Source of the DNA: Antedon mediterranea
Lineage: Eukaryota > Animalia > Echinodermata
Direction of reading: 5' to 3'
Assembly: GCF_964355755.1 (NCBI RefSeq)
Contig: NC_092672.1
Span: 37,950,437-38,014,436, forward strand
Length of the DNA: 64,000 bases
The notes below the pieces were generated by a model. It did not search any database. It was not told the origin of the DNA and saw only the letters and a program-made list of their open reading frames with translations. Position numbers and translations under genes: made by a program. Of the stretch, positions 53,773 through 64,000 are shown in pieces. Every line of letters starts with the position of its first letter. Within the stretch, counting starts at the first letter, position 1.

Positions 53773-54643
53773 AATGGACAGATTTTGTTTTAGGTAAATC
53801 TAGAACATAGACAAACACCGCTATCAATTGGTTGCTTTATCAGCCCAACGTTCATGTCGTGCACTACGAACATTTAAAAGCAGATATTTACGGAGAAGAA
53901 TTGAAAAAGATTGTGCAATTTTTTAAACTGCCCATCCGATTCTGCTACTGTCAATAGGTATGTATCTGTATAACTATCAGCAAGTGTATGCTGTCTGCAT
54001 AAATGCTGTACTTTTAACATACATATTATTATAGAGTATTATAGAGGGAGCTATATAGAGTAAATACAAACACCGTTTGCCAACCGAAATGTTTGGTCTA
54101 GTGGCAAAGGCTTTAATGTTGCACACTGGATCCCTCGGTTCAAGGTCTATAAAGAACATGCTTTTTTTTTAATTCTTAAATTTTTTAATAGTTGAGGGAG
54201 ATTATTTAGAGGGTTAGGTTTAGTATATTTAGGAAGTAATTTTTTATAATAGAAAATAATTAAGGTAATAAACTCATTGTAAATTGTCAACAGACACTGT
54301 GCTACATGACAGTGTACGGTGTTAAAAGTACAGCATTTATGCAGACAGCAACGTGGATAACTTTCTATAGTTATACAGATATCACCTAGGGACAGTAGCA
54401 GAATCAGTTGAACTGCCAATAAATGAAAATCGGTTACTATGCGTTGCGAGTGACCCGGTGGGTAAATTTAAAAGACCCCCGGCGCCTAAAAATAAACAGC
54501 TAGAGTTTGATCCATTTACTGAAGATATGAGAGAGATGGTTAGTTTATATATCAAATCTGTTGCCATGGCATTAGAAGCGAGAAATCAAGAACCATTACC
54601 AGACCAGTACAATCCAAAATTTACATTCCAAAGTCACGATTAA
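53773..54643 (+). pseudogene. Disabled duplicate of the WSCD last exon
   Basis: Same acceptor (ttttcag|aatggaca), but TGG>TAG in agaacatagaca (~53808), a +3 gaa insertion and a 478-bp transposon insertion. Confidence 0.9.
53933..54410. mobile_element. Non-autonomous P-superfamily-like DNA transposon, 478 bp, 7-bp TSD
   Basis: AACTGCC|CATCCGATTCTGCTACTGTC ... GACAGTAGCAGAATCAGTTG|AACTGCC. The empty site aactgcc is present in copy 1 (~46062). 20-bp TIR with 2 mismatches and CA..TG ends, plus a 31-bp subterminal inverted repeat tgctgtctgcataaatgctgtacttttaaca. Confidence 0.85.
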
Positions 54644-55245
54644 GAAATTCAACTGACTCTATTGAGTCTAACAGTCATTCTGTGCATTATCATTATGTTT
54701 CTGAGCATGCGCAAAATGATGTTTTTACTCAATAGAGACCACGTATAGTTTAGTTGTGCGTGTAAAACGAAAGGTCGCTTGTGCTGCGTGCGCGCACGAA
54801 ATCGTCCCGGGGTGATTTAACGCATTTAAAAATACTTTCAGAGAATTTCTAAAAAGCAAAAAGAAAGATAATATTGAACCGCTGTTGTGCTTGTTACCCA
54901 TCACGTCGCTACCTCTATTAGCAAACTCTATGCATATTCATTAAACATACAAGTATAGTTAGTACACAAAAGGCATTTTACTTTGCTTAGTTATTTCCCG
55001 GGTCAGTCTGTTCGTACCCACCAAAGTTAGCGATAACTTTACCCACAGTACCCAAATAACTAAGCCTTATTAGGTGGTGGAGTCAATATGGTGGAAGGAA
55101 CAGCCTGTTTTGTCTGATTTGCTATAACTCACTAGGTAATGGGGTACAATTCATATTGTATATGGTGTTGGGATGGTAAACGGGGTAATTTAATAACCGT
55201 ATATGAAATAATTATTTAGTATATTGGTTTAATATTTCCGAAAAT

Positions 55246-55254
<9 letters not shown>

Positions 55255-55277
<23 letters not shown>

Positions 55278-55853
55278 TTCTGGTTTATTAAAAACAAAGA
55301 CATGGCAGTACAAAACTGAATTGCGTCCAGTAACATAAACATAAAAAGTATATCAAAAACGAGCAAGATTTACACAAACATCCAATATAAAAATATATAT
55401 ATATATATACAAAATGCATTAAAATAAAATAAAGAATATACAATTACAAATTTACAAAGATATATATCAAAAACGAGCAAAATTACACAACCATCTAATA
55501 TAAAAATATATATATACACATAAATTCATAAAAAAAAAAAATAAAGAATATACAATTACAAATTTAAAAACTGCGAGTAAAATTATTAATTATCCGTAGG
55601 CCTATCAAAATTAAGAATTTCATATATATATATTATTGCACTATAAGGTCATTGTTAATCAGGAATGGGAGTGTGGATTTCTTAAATCTTTCTGTTCTAC
55701 ATTTAATTTGGGATATTTTGTTTGCGTTTCTGAGAGATCTACCTGTCGCTTCAGCACGGGTATTGGGGATAATATTACTAAATTTTTCATGGACACTCCT
55801 CCCAAACTTCAGAACAAGCTGGAGACGACGGTCACAGAGCCTATCAAGAGAAA
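55255..55853 (-). mobile_element. 5'-truncated LINE 3' end, ~600 bp, inserted in duplication copy 2
   Basis: Minus-strand RT C-terminus (LDRLCDRRLQLVLKFG...RSLRNANKISQIKCRTERFKKSTLPFLIN), (TAAA)n tail at 55255-55279, atttat TSD. Empty site in copy 1 at ~46900. Confidence 0.85.
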
Positions 55854-57599
55854 ATTTATCTGACAATTAAATTATTGCAATTTTTTACATTATGAAATTA
55901 TCAAAATCTTTTAAAATGTATATACTTATTTTTTTATTTACTTTATACTTTATTCTTTACAAGAATATAAATATATCTTTTGTTTTTTAGTTTAATATCG
56001 ACATTTCTTTTTATAGTATTGTTAATTACCGCAATTCATTATTGCTGTGTATTATTTCAGAATGTAATGGTCTTTCAGATGTCAATTGAACTCAGTTTTA
56101 AATCAGTACGCATAATACTGCTATAATAATTATAGGCTTAATGTAAGTTTTAGTGACAATTTTAGTGACACTTATTCTCAATTAAATACCGGACCACAAA
56201 CTTTGATACAGCTTTTATACGCGCGCGTCGTGTTAAATGATGTTGGTGATATGACATTTTCATCGCGTTCAATTGTTGATAGGATATTTTTTACGCGCGC
56301 GTCTCATTCAATAGTTGTACGCGCGCGTAAACTTTTTGTCGATAATAATTTCTAGTAATAAATAGACTAATGTACTTCCGAGTTGTGTCATGCAAAAGTA
56401 AATAATAACAATGTAAACTTCTGTTCGTATAAAACTGTAATTTAGAATATTTAAGATATATTTTGTAAAGATTAGTTAATTATTTCAAGACGAACGTTCA
56501 TGTTATATTGATAAGTATTATACGATATGTATGTACATTAATTAATCCATGTTTAAAATGACATAAGATACCTGAGTGCCTAAACAAGTGTACAAACGCT
56601 GTCTGTCTGTCTGTCTGTCTTTGGAGCTTTAAAACGAATCGTTATGGTTCAAGGTGTGCATTGTTTTCATTTCTCTACAGAACTTTGTTTCGTTCACCTC
56701 ATAAGTTAATTATTTTATTTTACTCAATATAACATTTTTATTACACGATCACATTATTTAATAAACTAAATTTGACAATACCGAATTGAAGTAAATCAAA
56801 ACAATAAATATATATTGAATGTTTTAAATAATATCAGGTACACTATCATGCTTTCAATGGATACACTATCCTAAAGACATTCTTTTTTTCGTCTTTCTCC
56901 ATTTTCTTTCATTCCAATGTTGGGTTTCCTATCCTTGTGTGTTATTCCAGTACCGTCGTACATTATTGCCACTCTGCTTTTTTTTATCAACGTAATAATA
57001 CAGTATTCATGATTTGTATTTATTAATAATTTATTAATGTAATTTTGAAAAGTAATACCTTGATAATTCATTTGTTAAAACAGATGTTTCGTTTAATTTG
57101 TGCAATATATGATGCCTCTATAATGTAACACTTAATTTCATTCATTGAAAACATTTTGATTTTTAAAGAGGGCATTAATAAAAGATAATTCTGTGTCTAC
57201 CGCGCATGCTCAAAGTATAATATTTAAATAACCGGACAAAATAATGTTCACTTATTTTAGTTAATTTATATTTTGGACATGCGCAGTAGAATTTTAAATG
57301 TTTGCTTGTTTTTGTTTTAATCTTTGGGATTCTTTGTAAAGCAATTTTGAGAAAGGTTCTATTTTCAGTACTAATTGTAAATATAGGCAGGTGGTGATGA
57401 ATAAATATGTATACGCGATTACTAATTTATAGTCTAAAAATGTGTCATTATTTTTATTTGTTTGAATTTAAAGTCTTACTCCACTCTCTAATCACAAAAT
57501 GAGACTTATTTTATATAATTAAACTATCCTGTAATAACTTGCTATTGGATGTGTATGGAATAAAATAAAATATTCTTGCATAAAGGCCAATTTACACAG

Positions 57600-57890
57600 A
57601 CGAGCGGTAACGGTGATAACAATATAGAATCTATGTTATATGACCATATACACACAACGTGCAGAGAGGACGGCCGGTTTTCTCTCAGGATAGATGCAGA
57701 TTCTACGTGGGACAAGCTACGCGGTTTTTTGCTTTTACCGCTTGTCTGTATTGTCTTGATCGCATTCACTGAACAAAATAATCGAGACTATATGGTGCGC
57801 CATACACCTTCCTCAGAGATATGGCGTGCGAATATTTCACAGCAGCTACCTGTGAGAGATTTAATGGAAAAACCAAATCTTGATGAGAAT
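57600..57890 (+). other. Second copy of the orphan putative exon
   Basis: Same splice sites and open frame; amino-acid changes V>I, S>L, A>V and F>L relative to 48645-48935. Confidence 0.4.
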
Positions 57891-59435
57891 GTAAGTTTAT
57901 ATATATATATATATATATTTCTAAGGCCCACCATTAAGTAAGGGCCTACAGAAGCTAAGATGTAGAGTCAAATTCCCTGATAATTATCGTAAAAATGATT
58001 CGTATTTTGTATTTGGTAGAATGAAGGAATCACCATCACAAATGCTGCCCCCATCATCATTTACATACATGTGTCACGCGGTATTCTAAACATTCCTGAT
58101 AAATAAAAACTGATGCAATATTTGGCGTGGCGATAGTTGTAGTAACAACCGTTTAACAACTGTACACAAAGTATTTCGATAGATATTAAAATTTTGTGAC
58201 TTTTCTTAATTATCTACTTTATCATAATCAAAATAATTTCTTGAAAACTACTTGACACCTAATCATTAAATACACAAGTACACGCCTAATCGTTTTCTTT
58301 TACCGCTGTACATATACGTCCTAAAATCCCATGGTTTGATTATAGGATTCCATAGAATTATACGAATTATATTATAGAATTGACTTGAAAATGTACCGTT
58401 GTCCGTGATTTGTGTCGCGTCACCCCTACGCGCGTCATGTCCGCGCGTCATGGCCAATTCATCCTAATCTGTGTTTTTGTCGCAAAGGGCACTCTTGTAG
58501 TAGTTTGTTTTTCTGGCAAATGGGCACATAATGATCTTATCTGATAGCTAGCTGACCATCTATTTACCTATCAAGAGTAAATAGGCCTACTGTTGCTGTA
58601 TAAAGGCACTCTTGTAGTATTTTGTTTTGCCCCGTCCAAATGGCTAAATAATGATCTTATCTGATAGCTGGCTGATAGCCCTTTACCCATCAAGAGTAAA
58701 TAGGCCTACTGTTGCTGTATATAGGTTACAATCTGTTTGCACAGGAAATGCCAGAAGTTACTATATACATAATGTGTGTGCATTTGTGTTGTATTTATAT
58801 AAAAGGGTATCGCATTGAAATATAGAAAAACCCCATTTTCTACATGAAGTGGGCCTATGCAAACATTTTTATCGGAAGTCGACTTTACCGGTCTAAATTT
58901 CGCAATAACTTCCATCCATTCGGGCACTGAATATCATACGTACGTGACTGAATACTGCTTCTTAAAGTTGTCTCAGATCAGGACTGAATTTTATTTCTTA
59001 AGTTTATCTCAGGAGAACCTACGAATATTGTACCGTTGGTCACTTGTTCCAATCCGCTAAACCTTGTCCAGGAATTGACTGAGGAAGCACGTACATCCTA
59101 ATGTTCCACACAACTAGGTCGAAGACGCATTGACCCCCCCCCCCCCCCGCCCCCTCCTATGATAATGAGTTCTATCCTGAAGAAAATGATGCTGAAATGT
59201 TCTTCTTTGGATTTGCCTTGATTCCAGCTTTATATTACTGGGACGAATGTTTAATTAACAATATCTTGTTAAACGTTTTAGAATAACACTAAGGTCTTTT
59301 ATAATATTAAATCTACATTTTTAAAAAGCAAAGAAGTGTCCATATGCATTTAATGTTTTCATTATAATACATATATGGGTAGGATATTGGTCTGAGTTTG
59401 TGAAACTGAGCATATAATAGAAGAATAGAAGAAGT

Positions 59436-62400
59436 TACAGTCATACTCGTAATCAACTTATATACAGTCATACTCGTAATCAACTTATATACAGTCATAC
59501 TCGTAATCAACTTATATACAGTCATACTCGTAATCAACTTATATACAGTCATACTCGTAATCAACTTATATACAGTCATACTACAAATCAACTTATATAC
59601 AGTCATACTCCAAATCAACTTATATACAGTCATACTCCAAATCAACTTATATACAGTCATACTCCAAATCAACTTATATACAGTCATACTCGTAATCAAC
59701 TTATATACAGTCATACTCGTAATCAACTTATATACAGTCATACTCGTAATCAGCTTATATACAGTCATACTCGTAATCAACTTATATACAGTCATACTAC
59801 AAATCAACTTATATCCAGTCATACTCGTAATCAACTTATATACAGTCATACTCCAAATCAACTTATATACAGTCATACTCGTAATCAACTTATATACAGT
59901 CATACTCGTAATCAACTTATATACAGTCATACTCGTAATCAATTTATATACAGTCATACTCGTAATCAACTTATATACAGTCATACTACAAATCAACTTA
60001 TATACAGTCATACTCGTAATCAACTTATATACAGTCATACTCGTAATCAACTTATATACAGTCATACTACAAATCAACTTATATACAGTCATACTCGTAA
60101 TCAACTTATATACAGTCATACTCGTAATCAACTTATATACAGTCATACTCGTAATCAACTTATATACAGTCATACTACAAATCAACTTATATACAGTCAT
60201 ACTCGTAATCAACTTATATACAGTCATACTCGTAATCAACTTATATACAGTCATACTCGTAATCAACTTATATACAGTCATACTCGTAATCAACTTATAT
60301 ACAGTCATACTACAAATCAACTTATATACAGTCATACTCGTAATCAACTTATATACAGTCATACTCGTAATCAACTTATATACAGTCATACTCGTAATCA
60401 ACTTATATACAGTCATACTCGTAATCAACTTATATACAGTCATACTCGTAATCAACTTATATACAGTCATACTCGTAATCAACTTATATACAGTCATACT
60501 CGTAATCAACTTATATACAGTCATACTCCAAATCAACTTATATACAGTCATACTACAAATCAACTTATATACAGTCATACTCCAAATCAACTTATATACA
60601 GTCATACTACAAATCAACTTATATACAGTCATACTCCAAATCAACTTATATACAGTCATACTCCAAATCAACTTATATACAGTCATACTCCAAATCAACT
60701 TATATACAGTCATACTACAAATCAACTTATATACAGTCATACTCGTAATCAACTTATATACAGTCATACTCGTAATCAACTTATATACAGTCATACTCCA
60801 AATCAACTTATATACAGTCATACTCGTAATCAACTTATATACAGTCATACTCGTAATCAACTTATATACAGTCATACTACAAATCAACTTATATACAGTC
60901 ATACTCGTAATCAACTTATATACAGTCATACTCCAAATCAACTTATATACAGTCATACTCGTAATCAACTTATATACAGTCATACTCGTAATCAACTTAT
61001 ATACAGTCATACTCGTAATCAACTTATATACAGTCATACTACAAATCAACTTATATACAGTCATACTCGTAATCAACTTATATACAGTCATACTACAAAT
61101 CAACTTATATACAGTCATACTCGTAATCAACTTATATACAGTCATACTCGTAATCAACTTATATACAGTCATACTACAAATCAACTTATATACAGTCATA
61201 CTCCAAATCAACTTATATACAGTCATACTCGTAATCAACTTATATACAGTCATACTCGTAATCAACTTATATACAGTCATACTACAAATCAACTTATATA
61301 CAGTCATACTCCAAATCAACTTATATACAGTCATACTCGTAATCAACTTATATACAGTCATACTACAAATCAACTTATATACAGTCATACTCGTAATCAA
61401 CTTATATACAGTCATACTCGTAATCAACTTATATACAGTCATAATCCAAATCAACTTATATACAGTCATACTCCAAATCAACTTATATACAGTCATACTC
61501 GTAATCAACTTATATACAGTCATACTACAAATCAACTTATATACAGTCATACTCGTAATCAACTTATATACAGTCATACTCCAAATCAACTTATATACAG
61601 TCATACTACAAATCAACTTATATACAGTCATACTACAAATCAACTTATATACAGTCATACTCCAAATCAACTTATATACAGTCATACTCGTAATCAACTT
61701 ATATACAGTCATACTCCAAATCAACTTATATACAGTCATACTACAAATCAACTTATATACAGTCATACTACAAATCAACTTATATACAGTCATACTCGTA
61801 ATCAACTTATATACAGTCATACTCCAAATCAACTTATATACAGTCATACTCGTAATCAACTTATATACAGTCATACTACAAATCAACTTATATACAGTCA
61901 TACTACAAATCAACTTATATACAGTCATACTACAAATCAACTTATATACAGTCATACTCTTAATCAACTTATATACAGTCATACTACAAATCAACTTATA
62001 TACAGTCATACTCGTAATCAACTTATATACAGTCATACTACAAATCAACTTATATACAGTCATACTCTTAATCAACTTATATACAGTCATACTCGTAATC
62101 AACTTAAATACAGTCATACTCGTAATCAACTTATATACAGTCATACTACAAATCAACTTATATACAGTCATACTACAAATCAACTTATATACAGTCATAC
62201 TACAAATCAACTTATATACAGTCATACTACAAATCAACTTATATACAGTCATACTACAAATCAACTTATATACAGTCATACTCGTAATCAACTTATATAC
62301 AGTCATACTACAAATCAACTTATATACAGTCATACTACAAATCAACTTATATACAGTCATACTCGTAATCAACTTATATACAGTCATACTCTTAATCAAC

Positions 62401-64000
62401 TTATATACAGTCATACTACAAATCAACTTATATACAGTCATACTACAAATCAACTTATATACAGTCATACTCGTAATCAACTTATATACAGTCATACTAC
62501 AAATCAACTTATATACAGTCATACTCGTAATCAACTTATATACAGTCATACTACAAATCAACTTATATATAGTCATACTCGTAATCAACTTATATACAGT
62601 CATACTCGTAATCAACTTATATACAGTCATACTACAAATCAACTTATATACAGTCATACTCGTAATCAACTTATATACAGTCATACTACAAATCAACTTA
62701 TATACAGTCATACTCGTAATCAACTTATATACAGTCATACTCGTAATCAACTTATATACAGTCATACTACAAATCAACTTATATACAGTCATACTCTTAA
62801 TCAACTTATATACAGTCATACTACAAATCAACTTATATACAGTCATACTACAAATCAACTTATATACAGTCATACTCGTAATCAACTTATATACAGTCAT
62901 ACTCGTAATCAACTTATATACAGTCATACTACAAATCAACTTATATACAGTCATACTCTTAATCAACTTATATACAGTCATACTACAAATCAACTTATAT
63001 ACAGTCATACTACAAATCAACTTATATACAGTCATACTCGTAATCAACTTATATACAGTCATACTCGTAATCAACTTATATACAGTCATACTCGTAATCA
63101 ACTTATATACAGTCATACTCGTAATCAACTTATATACAGTCATACTCGTAATCAACTTATATACAGTCATACTCGTAATCAACTTATATACAGTCATACT
63201 ACAAATCAACTTATATACAGTCATACTCCAAATCAACTTATATACAGTCATACTCGTAATCAACTTATATACAGTCATACTCGTAATCAACTTATATACA
63301 GTCATACTACAAATCAACTTATATACAGTCATACTCGTAATCAACTTATATACAGTCATACTCCAAATCAACTTATATACAGTCATACTACAAATCAACT
63401 TATATACAGTCATACTCCAAATCAACTTATATACAGTCATACTCCAAATCAACTTATATACAGTCATACTCTTAATCAACTTATATACAGTCATACTCGT
63501 AATCAACTTATATACAGTCATACTCTTAATCAACTTATATACAGTCATACTCGTAATCAACTTATATACAGTCATACTACAAATCAACTTATATACAGTC
63601 ATACTACAAATCAACTTATATACAGTCATACTCGTAATCAACTTATATACAGTCATACTACAAATCAACTTATATACAGTCATACTCTTAATCAACTTAT
63701 ATACAGTCATACTCGTAATCAACTTATATACAGTCATACTCTTAATCAACTTATATACAGTCATACTCGTAATCAACTTATATACAGTCATACTACAAAT
63801 CAACTTATATACAGTCATACTCGTAATCAACTTATATACAGTCATACTCCAAATCAACTTATATACAGTCATACTCGTAATCAACTTATATACAGTCATA
63901 CTACAAATCAACTTATATACAGTCATACTACAAATCAACTTATATACAGTCATACTACAAATCAACTTATATACAGTCATACTCCAAATCAACTTATATA
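59436..64000. repeat. 27-bp satellite array 2, at least ~169 copies (truncated by the window edge)
   Basis: Same unit as array 1; NNN = CGT, ACA, CCA or CTT. Confidence 0.97.

Larger units (their letters stand above)
53240..64000 (+). repeat. Segmental tandem duplication, copy 2 (two extra insertions, expanded satellite; runs off the right edge)
   Basis: Colinear with 45374-53233 except for insertions at 53933-54410 and 55255-55853 and scattered substitutions or small indels. Confidence 0.95.

Noticed and set aside
59313-63992. 1559-aa, 487-aa and 466-aa SMTVYKLIx ORFs as protein-coding genes
   Set aside because: A 27-bp unit with no stop in one frame is open automatically. There is no unique N-terminus or recognisable splice structure, one in-frame TAG occurs at 51831, and the non-repeat C-termini differ by a frameshift between copies. 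Kept only as a satellite finding.
50475-64000. CRISPR array interpretation of the 27-bp repeats
   Set aside because: No unique spacers, no cas genes, and a eukaryotic intron-exon context.

Overview
AT-rich genomic DNA from an animal with spliceosomal introns, probably an invertebrate; the taxon cannot be fixed from sequence alone. Host genes: the last two coding exons of mitochondrial ribosomal protein L16 (+, 7229-8621); a 3-exon aminergic GPCR (-, 16737-12643, 909 aa) with NRY in place of DRY and a ~530-aa C-terminal tail; and an 8-exon WSC-domain sulfotransferase (WSCD1/2-like, +, 31111-46294, 594 aa). A P-element/THAP9-type transposase ORF runs off the left edge. The rest is mostly mobile DNA: a ~1.3-kb foldback, a 3.7-kb Academ-like element, Kolobok-, Harbinger- and P-like MITEs, LINE 3' fragments and a Deu/Nin-domain SINE. 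The right third is a recent tandem duplication (45374-53233 copied at 53240->64000). It carries the WSCD last exon, an orphan exon and a 27-bp satellite whose variation is concentrated in one triplet. The most unusual signal is a pervasive TA-to-TAGGCCTA and TA-to-TACAGTA insertion signature, seen directly by comparing paralogous repeat copies. All coordinates, alignments and counts were read by eye and no database searches were run.
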